From positions 1 through 41,054 of the IMG/VR virus record IMGVR_UViG_3300005573_000022: a stretch of DNA of 41,054 nt; one strand, written 5' to 3'. Positions 17,713-23,829 of the stretch are shown here, piece by piece. The notes below the pieces were generated by a model that had not been told where the DNA came from, made no database searches, and was given only the letters and a program-made list of their open reading frames with translations. A program made the translations under genes and the position numbers. Numbering within the stretch: position 1 is the first letter of the stretch; the number at the start of each line of letters is the position of its first letter. The stretch is from a virus.

Positions 17713-17912
17713 TTTTTACCTGCAGATATTTGAAAAAACTTTTTATCAAATTTAGGCTTAGCAGTTATTGGTCCTCGTCCTGTTTTTAAAATACTTTCAG
17801 GAACATTTAAAGATTTTAATTTTGTTTTAGGTAACCCCTTTAATTGTCTTACTCTTATCCTCTGTGTTCTCATTTTCTTAAGCTTTGATTTCTTTAAACC
17901 AAATTTTGGCAT
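17706..17912 (-). CDS. Very basic 68-aa protein
   Basis: MPKFGLKKSKLKKMRTQRIRVRQLKGLPKTKLKSL... Confidence 0.5.
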   Translation of the reverse strand: MPKFGLKKSKLKKMRTQRIRVRQLKGLPKTKLKSLNVPESILKTGRGPITAKPKFDKKFFQISAGKKW

Positions 17913-17924
17913 ACCCCTCCCTTC

Positions 17925-18752
17925 TTAATATCCGGTAACTGCTTCAGCAGTTGGTCGAGGTCTTACCCAAATCGGAGCAGGACGATATCTCTCAAAAGTT
18001 TTAGGATTATATAATACTGCTACTAAATATCCTAAAGCATCCATTAAATGTTCATAATACCCATCTTTCTCTGGATTATCTTCTTCATCCCGTGTATATC
18101 CTCCTAAAAATCCATCAATTAAAATTTGACAATTTTTATCTATTTTAAACCGCGGAGAACCATCAGGTCTTGGTAATAATAAATTTCTCAAAAGGTTTAT
18201 TCGCTCTCTAACTAACATCGGCCTTGTCTGTATTCTTATGCCATAAGACCTTAAAATATCCGCGGTAGTTCTTTCTGATTTATCACTTTTAGCTCTTACC
18301 GCAGGGTCTCCCGCATCTTTAAAATCATAGCCATAAAATAACTTTTTACTCATTTCAATAACCTGCTCTGCAAATTTATTTATAACTACTTCCTCCCCCA
18401 TTAACTCCGCTAAAATGCATAATCTATCTTCTAAATCTACTTGTGCCCAAACGCAAGCGGGATGATGATATCCAAAGTCCCACCCTCGCCAAATCTCTCT
18501 ATTAGGTATTGGTTTAAGTTCATAAATATGTAATTCTTGTTTAAACTCAGGATAAACTCTTCTTCCAACTGCTTTTGTAAAATCAAGCTCCATCTCCTGA
18601 TTCCATAAATCAAGAGAGGGATAAGTCTTTTTAACCTCCTTTACCCATTCTTCATTCTTCTCCTCATCCGCAGAATAATGTAAATATGCTACAACAAACC
18701 CGTTTCTATTTTTCTTATAACTAAGACCTCTGCAAAGGACTTCTTCTCTCAT
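17925..18752 (-). CDS. terL: Large terminase, C-terminal nuclease part (separate ORF, 275 aa)
   Basis: RNase-H-like nuclease landmarks 'WDFGYHHPACVW', 'DAGDPA', 'HLMDALGYL'. The ATG overlaps the stop of the ATPase ORF (ATGA). Confidence 0.7.
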   Translation of the reverse strand: MREEVLCRGLSYKKNRNGFVVAYLHYSADEEKNEEWVKEVKKTYPSLDLWNQEMELDFTKAVGRRVYPEFKQELHIYELKPIPNREIWRGWDFGYHHPACVWAQVDLEDRLCILAELMGEEVVINKFAEQVIEMSKKLFYGYDFKDAGDPAVRAKSDKSERTTADILRSYGIRIQTRPMLVRERINLLRNLLLPRPDGSPRFKIDKNCQILIDGFLGGYTRDEEDNPEKDGYYEHLMDALGYLVAVLYNPKTFERYRPAPIWVRPRPTAEAVTGY

Positions 18753-19483
18753 TCTTGTATATCGTGGACTAATTTATAAAACAAATTCCTTTTACCATTA
18801 GGAGTAGAAACTCCCGTAAATTTTGGTAACGCTATATAAGTATCTCCAACTTTAATTTTAGTCTTTTGTCCGTCTAAAGTAGGTTTTACCGCAGCAAATA
18901 CTTGTTCTGACCTCTCTTGAAAAGCCATTTCATCCGAAAATAGTGAAGATGTAGTATACTGCCTTACCGCATCAGAATCTTGCGAAACTGCGTGTATAGT
19001 TGAATTTTTATGCGGAAATGTTAATATCGCTGGTTGTGAAGAACGCTTATAATATATTTGCATTTCTTTAGGAAGATGATTATAAATAAACATCGCCCTT
19101 GATAATAAACTTAAATTAGAACTAAACCCCGCATCATCCTCTTTCTTTGAGACAAAGAAAATATATTGCCCATTCTGTGTCATCGCTAACCATAGATTTA
19201 AGGCTACAAAAGTCCAAGTCACCATCATCTGCCTTGACTTCACTACTAATAATAAATGTTCATTTAACCATAAGTCTATGAGTCTTTTAATATATTCTTT
19301 CTCAGGAATTCTCTTAACCGGGCTTACTGGGTCGTGCGGGTCTAATGTATATGTATATTTAAATACAAAATCGTAAGGAGATGCTACCGGAGCAAGTCTT
19401 GCATCTACGCTCCCTAACATCTTAGAGAGCTCTAAGAATGGATTATCTAAAACAACTTCAGGATTTATTTTTACTCTGGGCAT
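18749..19483 (-). CDS. terL: Large terminase, N-terminal ATPase part (separate ORF, 244 aa)
   Basis: Deviant P-loop 'VKSRQMMVTWT' (lambda gpA-like KSxRxxxS/T), Walker B 'SLFSDEMAF', and coupling motif 'GVSTPNG'. Confidence 0.7.
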   Translation of the reverse strand: MPRVKINPEVVLDNPFLELSKMLGSVDARLAPVASPYDFVFKYTYTLDPHDPVSPVKRIPEKEYIKRLIDLWLNEHLLLVVKSRQMMVTWTFVALNLWLAMTQNGQYIFFVSKKEDDAGFSSNLSLLSRAMFIYNHLPKEMQIYYKRSSQPAILTFPHKNSTIHAVSQDSDAVRQYTTSSLFSDEMAFQERSEQVFAAVKPTLDGQKTKIKVGDTYIALPKFTGVSTPNGKRNLFYKLVHDIQE

Positions 19484-19518
19484 ATCCTCTAAAAATATTG
19501 GTCTTTTAATCCACGTTT

Positions 19519-19586
19519 AATCCAGATAAAATGAAATTAAAAAAACATATAAAACCATTAACTGAAGAAGAAAATTTATCTGGATT
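19519..19586. repeat. 12-bp perfect inverted repeat (aatccagataaa / tttatctggatt) with a 44-nt spacer
   Basis: Read directly: 19519-19530 pairs with 19575-19586. It lies in the only sizeable non-coding gap just upstream of terL. Confidence 0.7.
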
Positions 19587-19645
19587 TAATCTACGCGAAA
19601 AAACCATAGTTTTGATAAACTGAGGAGAAGAAGCCATAAATAAAT

Positions 19646-19786
19646 TCAAATTTTTGCCTCCCCCAGGGTTTCCGGTTTTTCAATTTCAACCCTATTATCT
19701 AATTTTAATTTTTCTCTAACTTTTTCTCTCTCTAAATCTATCTGTTCTAATATCTTGCGTATCTTTAAAATCTCTTCTTCAGTCAT
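19646..19786 (-). CDS. 46-aa helical micro-protein
   Basis: Own translation: MTEEEILKIRKILEQIDLEREKVREKLKLDNRVEIEKPETLGEAKI. AGGAAG SD. Confidence 0.4.
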   Translation of the reverse strand: MTEEEILKIRKILEQIDLEREKVREKLKLDNRVEIEKPETLGEAKI

Positions 19787-19821
19787 CTTAACTTCCTATA
19801 ATAAATATTATGTTAACTTCA

Positions 19822-20496
19822 TTATTTTACTTCAACTTGTTCAGTCTCAACCACTTGTATATCTTTTAAGTCTTTTGTAAGTTTTTTAATCTCACTTTCT
19901 TTTTCAACTTGTAATTCAACTCCGATTTTATAAAGTTCTTGAGCAATTAATTGCTTTGTGCTTTTGTCCGTGATGAATTTGTCAATAATAACAACTATTT
20001 TTTGTAAAACTATCGCGACTGTTTGTTGGGCTTTTTCAAAATATTTATCCTGGAGTTCAATTCTTTTTATGGTCTCAGTTAAACGACGTAGGTATTCAAT
20101 CACCTGTAATTGTATTGCTAACTTTTCTGGAGTAATATTCTGGTCAGCAGTTTGATTTATTAACTCTTGCATAACGCTTTGTAAATACGCTAACTCATCG
20201 TGCAAATTTAAAATGTTTTTATCTTGAAGGTTTTTTCGATAAAGATATCTTAAAAATGTTGAAGGGATATTATAACGCTCTGGGCATTGCTCAAGTTTTT
20301 CTTTTAAATGTTTTAACGAGGGTATTTTTGAATGAAACCGGCAATAATCGGAACCTACAATTGCGATGTTTTTGCAAGGAGTGCCATCTTTTTTTGTTCC
20401 TTTACAGTGCCGTTGCATATAATAAAACTTCTTTTGAAACTCTGACAACCTTACTTCCATAGTTTCTTTATTATGGTTATTAATACCTTGTTTCAT
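19822..20496 (-). CDS. Zinc-finger DNA-binding-type protein, positional candidate for small terminase (start uncertain)
   Basis: First gene of the minus-strand operon. Motif 'HCKGTKKDGTPCKNIAIVGSDYCRFH' followed by a long helical region. None of the candidate ATGs has a clear SD. Confidence 0.3.
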   Translation of the reverse strand: MKQGINNHNKETMEVRLSEFQKKFYYMQRHCKGTKKDGTPCKNIAIVGSDYCRFHSKIPSLKHLKEKLEQCPERYNIPSTFLRYLYRKNLQDKNILNLHDELAYLQSVMQELINQTADQNITPEKLAIQLQVIEYLRRLTETIKRIELQDKYFEKAQQTVAIVLQKIVVIIDKFITDKSTKQLIAQELYKIGVELQVEKESEIKKLTKDLKDIQVVETEQVEVK

Positions 20497-20545
20497 TTTA
20501 TTAACTAATATTAAAACAATTATATTTACTTAATTTTCTAATTAA

Positions 20546-20573
20546 AATATAACTTAAAATCTTAAAATGTCAA
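20546..20573 (-). promoter_or_regulatory. Leftward sigma-70-like promoter for the virion operon
   Basis: On the minus strand: TTGACA (20573-20568), 16-nt spacer, TATATT (20551-20546), about 50 nt upstream of the first minus-strand ORF. Confidence 0.4.
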
Positions 20574-20603
20574 GCGAGACAGTCTGATTTTTATTTTTTA
20601 AAG

Positions 20604-20633
20604 TTATGAACAGTATTAACAGATTATGAACAG
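20604..20633. repeat. Two direct copies of TTATGAACAG, 20 bp apart (operator/iteron candidate)
   Basis: 20604-20613 and 20624-20633. The flanks are also similar (ttatgaacagtattaac / ttatgaacagattaatc). Confidence 0.7.
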
Positions 20634-20651
20634 ATTAATCTTTATTTTTTT

Positions 20652-20681
20652 ATTTTATTTATTTTATTTATTTTATTTATT
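20652..20681. repeat. 9-bp AT-only tandem repeat (attttattt x3 plus a partial copy); candidate DNA-unwinding element
   Basis: Read directly. It sits in the divergent intergenic region next to the TTATGAACAG repeats. Confidence 0.7.
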
Positions 20682-20799
20682 AAGGAACGACATATAGGTA
20701 ACATATATATAAGAGAGATATTATATAAATATAACATAAGCAAAAATAAGTTAGAAATTAGGCCTTACCTTTTATGACAGAAAAATTTAAAAAAAATAG

Positions 20800-20828
20800 T
20801 TGCCAAAACTTAAATTTTGTGGTATAAT
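20800..20828 (+). promoter_or_regulatory. Early promoter P1: TTGCCA, 17-nt spacer, TATAAT with TGTGG extension
   Basis: -35 at 20800-20805 and -10 at 20823-20828. The context aaaaaatagTTGCCAaaa...ttTGTGGTATAAT is duplicated 97 bp downstream. Confidence 0.7.
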
Positions 20829-20896
20829 TACAGTAGATGAGCGGAAGGAGTAAAATTAAAAAGTTTGTAGGTTTTAAAAAAAATACAAAAAAACAG

Positions 20897-20925
20897 TTGC
20901 CAAAATACAAGTTTTGTGGTATAAT
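20897..20925 (+). promoter_or_regulatory. Early promoter P2 (near-duplicate of P1)
   Basis: -35 TTGCCA at 20897-20902, 17-nt spacer, -10 TATAAT at 20920-20925, preceded by TGTGG. Confidence 0.7.
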
Positions 20926-20991
20926 ATAGTTGTAAAATAGAAAAGGATAGAAAATGGCAAAAGCAAGAATAAGCAGGGTAAAAATAAAAAT

Positions 20992-21066
20992 AAACCTCGT
21001 AGACTGGAGGCTCAAACCTCCTGCCGGTATTGTTACCGGTTCTTGCGGTCTACGAGGTTTTTTATT
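20992..21066 (+). terminator. Branched GC-rich RNA element with U-tract in the early leader (attenuator / terminator-like, or a small structured RNA)
   Basis: A 13-bp perfect closing stem (aaacctcgtagac / gtctacgaggttt) encloses two hairpins (ggagg-ctcaaa-cctcc; ccggta-ttgt-taccgg), followed by a T-run and then the SD of the first early gene. Confidence 0.5.
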
Positions 21067-21080
21067 TAAGGAGGTGGAGT

Positions 21081-21587
21081 ATGGGGTTAACAATTCACTA
21101 TGAACTCGAGTTTGTGGGTAATGAAGCGCAGGTAAAAGATAAGCTTTTAAAAGTAAGGGACAAAGCAAAAGAGTTAGGATTTGCAAAAGTAGGAGAATTA
21201 AAGAAGTTAGATAATGGATATGTAATAAATTTATGCGCTGGTGACGGATGTGACCCAACTAATATTAGTTTAATAACCGCAGATGGAGTCTATTGGGTAG
21301 GTGATGATTTTACAAAAACTCAGTATGCAAAGGACTTTTTACGATGCCATCTTTTGGTAATTGCTATTCTGGACTATATAAAAGAGCTTGGATTTCTAAA
21401 GGAGGTGTATGATGAAGGAGGATATTGGGAGTCACGGAGTATAGAAAGACTTGCAAAAAATATAAATGCAAACACTACAGCCATTATATCCCTTTTGAAT
21501 GAGTTTCAAAGTGCCGGGCTAAAAGTAATAAGTCCAATAGATAAATGTAAAAATTTTATGGTAGTCAAAAAAACCCACAGAATTTAA
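21081..21587 (+). CDS. First early protein, unknown function (168 aa)
   Basis: ATG at 21081 is preceded by AAGGAGGTGGAG. The track ORF begins further upstream at a non-ATG codon inside the RNA structure, which is unlikely to be the real start. Confidence 0.55.
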   Translation: MGLTIHYELEFVGNEAQVKDKLLKVRDKAKELGFAKVGELKKLDNGYVINLCAGDGCDPTNISLITADGVYWVGDDFTKTQYAKDFLRCHLLVIAILDYIKELGFLKEVYDEGGYWESRSIERLAKNINANTTAIISLLNEFQSAGLKVISPIDKCKNFMVVKKTHRI

Positions 21588-21605
21588 TTTAAAGGAGGTG
21601 AGAAG

Positions 21606-22025
21606 ATGGAGATAAAACTTTCGGAAAAAGTGAAGATTACCAATCCGCAAGAAATTGCAAAAATTTTTCAACAAATTTTAAAATCAGAAAATCAAATTGA
21701 CCAAGAAAAAGAACATTTTTGGGTTGTAGGGTTAAATGCACGGGACATAATTAAGTATTTGGAATTGGTAAGTCTCGGAACTTTGAATAGTAATTTAGTT
21801 CATCCCAGAGAGGTTTTTAGGTTAGCGATTTTTAAAGGAGTGGCGCAGATTATAATTGGACACAATCACCCTTCAGGAGAACCCGAACCATCAGAAGACG
21901 ATTTAGAAATTACAGCAAGACTAAAAAAAGCGGGGAAAATTATCGGCATTGAGGTAGTTGACCATATTATTATTACAGATGATAACAACAATTATGTAAG
22001 TTTTAAAGATAAGGGGCTGATTTAA
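21606..22025 (+). CDS. radC: RadC-like JAB/MPN domain protein
   Basis: JAMM motif 'GHNHPSGEPEPSEDD' plus the upstream 'E' (PREVFR), at a size typical of the stand-alone RadC C-terminal domain. Confidence 0.75.
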   Translation: MEIKLSEKVKITNPQEIAKIFQQILKSENQIDQEKEHFWVVGLNARDIIKYLELVSLGTLNSNLVHPREVFRLAIFKGVAQIIIGHNHPSGEPEPSEDDLEITARLKKAGKIIGIEVVDHIIITDDNNNYVSFKDKGLI

Positions 22026-22091
22026 TAAAAGATAGAGCGTAGGGGATAAAGATTAGTATTATTAAAATCCTTCTTTTATAATCTTATATAA

Positions 22092-22120
22092 GCAAGTATT
22101 TAGGGGGTTGGTGTTATAAT
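22092..22120 (+). promoter_or_regulatory. Possible extended -10 promoter (TGtTATAAT)
   Basis: TATAAT at 22115-22120 with TG at 22112-22113. The -35 is poor. Confidence 0.3.
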
Positions 22121-22139
22121 AGTATTGGGAGGTGAGAAG

Positions 22140-22322
22140 ATGAAAGTAGAGCGTATTAATAAAGAGACAGGGGAAAAAGAAAGCATATCTGTTATAGAGG
22201 CAGTTAGAAAAATACAGGGTTATTATACACTGAAAGCAAGCGAGATAATTAAAGATTTAGAAAACGGGGTAGTATTTACAACGAAGGGGTTTATTTATAA
22301 ACAAAAGGGGGGTAAAAAATGA
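22140..22322 (+). CDS. Hypothetical early protein, 60 aa
   Basis: ATG at 22140 follows GGGAGGTGA. Confidence 0.5.
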   Translation: MKVERINKETGEKESISVIEAVRKIQGYYTLKASEIIKDLENGVVFTTKGFIYKQKGGKK

Positions 22323-22471
22323 AAGTAAATGAACCATCACAAACTCTTGCTGTAGTTGGCGGAATAGTAAGTATGGTTGCATACTTTCTCAAATGGATAT
22401 CTTTTGAGTCTTCTGTTGTTCTTTTGCTATGGGCGATTGTCATTACAATAGCGTCAATCCAGAATAATTAA
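22319..22471 (+). CDS. 50-aa membrane micro-protein
   Basis: Own translation: MKVNEPSQTLAVVGGIVSMVAYFLKWISFESSVVLLLWAIVITIASIQNN. ATGA overlap with the upstream ORF. Confidence 0.45.
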   Translation: MKVNEPSQTLAVVGGIVSMVAYFLKWISFESSVVLLLWAIVITIASIQNN

Positions 22472-22487
22472 AATGAGGAGATGAAAT

Positions 22488-22625
22488 ATGAATAACCTGG
22501 ACATTTTGTTTAAGGAAATGGAAAAACGAAAGGTGAGTTTTGCAGACTTAACAGAATTTGATACTTGGGTGAACGTTGTATGTGGGTGTAAAAATGTAAA
22601 GGTGGAAAATGAAAAAAAAGTTTGA
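22488..22625 (+). CDS. 45-aa micro-protein
   Basis: Own translation: MNNLDILFKEMEKRKVSFADLTEFDTWVNVVCGCKNVKVENEKKV. GAGGAG lies 7 nt upstream. Confidence 0.4.
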   Translation: MNNLDILFKEMEKRKVSFADLTEFDTWVNVVCGCKNVKVENEKKV

Positions 22626-22827
22626 AGTATATTATTGGGATGTAACTTTAGTTGAGGTTGCTTTATGCTATATGCGATATAAAAAAATAAAAATAACTCC
22701 AGGTAATTTGTTTTGGGTAATGGAAAAAATTTGTAAAAAAATAGACCTTATAAACAAAAACAAAAAAGAAAAAATTATTAACTTCATAGATGGACATTGC
22801 GAAATAAAAATGCCGGTTGAAAAGTAA
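22609..22827 (+). CDS. Hypothetical early protein, 72 aa
   Basis: ORF preceded by GGTGGA that overlaps the end of the previous micro-ORF. Confidence 0.45.
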   Translation: MKKKFEVYYWDVTLVEVALCYMRYKKIKITPGNLFWVMEKICKKIDLINKNKKEKIINFIDGHCEIKMPVEK

Positions 22828-22878
22828 ATCTTACCTTTTTTACCTACCTTTAATTCTACTGTGAAATAAAAATATTAA

Positions 22879-22908
22879 TTGGAGAACAAAACTCTGTTGT
22901 GGTATAAT
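22879..22908 (+). promoter_or_regulatory. Promoter in front of the 7-deazaguanine operon: TTGGAG(AAC) ... TGTGGTATAAT
   Basis: -10 TATAAT at 22903-22908, preceded by tgtTGTGG. -35-like TTGGAG at 22879-22884 (18-nt spacer). Confidence 0.6.
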
Positions 22909-22928
22909 AAAATTAGGAGGTGAGAATT

Positions 22929-23261
22929 ATGTGGTATATTGAAAAAGAAGTTACCATAAGCGCTGGTCATCATTTAAATAACTATGAAGGACCTTGTGCG
23001 AATAGACACGGCCATAATTGGAAAATTACAGTATATTGCAGAGGTGAGAAACTAAACTCATTGGGCATATTAGTTGATTTTAGAGATATTAAAAAAGCAG
23101 TTAGTTTTTTTGACCATAAATATTTGAATGATTTATTTCCTGAAGACGAAAATCCTACCGCAGAAAATCTTGCTAGAAGAATTTGCGAAAGCATACCTTA
23201 TTGCTATAAAGTAAAAGTAATAGAACAAGAAGGTAGTATTTGCGAATATGTTAAAGATTAA
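22929..23261 (+). CDS. queD: 6-carboxy-5,6,7,8-tetrahydropterin synthase
   Basis: 'ISAGHHL...CANRHGHNWKI' is the Cys/His zinc-catalytic signature of QueD. The ATG lies 8 nt after AGGAGG. Confidence 0.85.
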   Translation: MWYIEKEVTISAGHHLNNYEGPCANRHGHNWKITVYCRGEKLNSLGILVDFRDIKKAVSFFDHKYLNDLFPEDENPTAENLARRICESIPYCYKVKVIEQEGSICEYVKD

Positions 23262-23829
23262 TGAAATATTTTACAGCATACAAGGTGAAGGTTACTATAC
23301 TGGAATGCCCGCGATTTTTGTAAGACTTGCTGGTTGTAATCTCTCTTGCCCGTTTTGCGATACCGATTTTAGGGTTAATAGAGTAATGTGTGAAGATGAA
23401 ATAATAAAAGACATCAAGACATATAAAAACAAAAATGTAATACTAACTGGAGGTGAGCCTCTAATACAAAATCTTGACAAACTAATTAAGAAGTTAAAAG
23501 CTAATGGGTTTAATATTCATTTGGAGACAAACGGAACTATCGATACAAAGTTACCTTTTGACTGGATTACGGTTTCTCCAAAAAGCATGATTAATATCAA
23601 AAAAGCTAACGAATTTAAAATAATAGTTAAAGCATCGGACAAATTATCAAAAATTAAAAAATTAGTTCTTAAGTTAAAAAAAATTACTCCTTTAATTTAT
23701 TTGCAGCCTTGTTGGGATAAAAATCCGGAAATTACAAGGAAAAATACGGAAGTATGTGTTAAATATGTAAAGGAGGTGAAAGATTGTCGTCTAAGCCTGC
23801 AAACTCACAAGTTAATCGGTATAAAGTAA
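23248..23829 (+). CDS. queE: 7-carboxy-7-deazaguanine synthase (radical SAM)
   Basis: 'IFYSIQGEGYYTGMPAIFVRLAGCNLSCPFCDT' is the QueE N-terminal and cluster-binding motif. Confidence 0.85.
   Translation: MLKINEIFYSIQGEGYYTGMPAIFVRLAGCNLSCPFCDTDFRVNRVMCEDEIIKDIKTYKNKNVILTGGEPLIQNLDKLIKKLKANGFNIHLETNGTIDTKLPFDWITVSPKSMINIKKANEFKIIVKASDKLSKIKKLVLKLKKITPLIYLQPCWDKNPEITRKNTEVCVKYVKEVKDCRLSLQTHKLIGIK

Noticed and set aside
18740-18780. Programmed -1 ribosomal frameshift joining the two terL ORFs
   Set aside because: No slippery heptamer lies in the 24-nt window between the downstream-frame stop and the ATGA overlap. A sequencing indel or a genuine split remains possible (reported as a finding).
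20641-20683. AT-rich short tandem repeats as a CRISPR array or minisatellite
   Set aside because: The unit is only 9 bp with no spacers. It is consistent with an unwinding or curved-DNA element, not a CRISPR array.
20992-21066. The branched leader structure as a tRNA or a preQ1 riboswitch
   Set aside because: The 13-bp closing stem and only two internal hairpins do not fit a cloverleaf. I could not match it to the preQ1-I/II/III consensus features I remember, and the que operon has its own promoter 1.8 kb downstream.
20758-21258. 166-aa minus-strand ORF spanning the early promoters and leader
   Set aside because: The product is a Leu/Phe/Ile-rich low-complexity translation of AT-rich regulatory DNA. 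It overlaps two strong plus-strand promoters and the first early gene, and has no SD.
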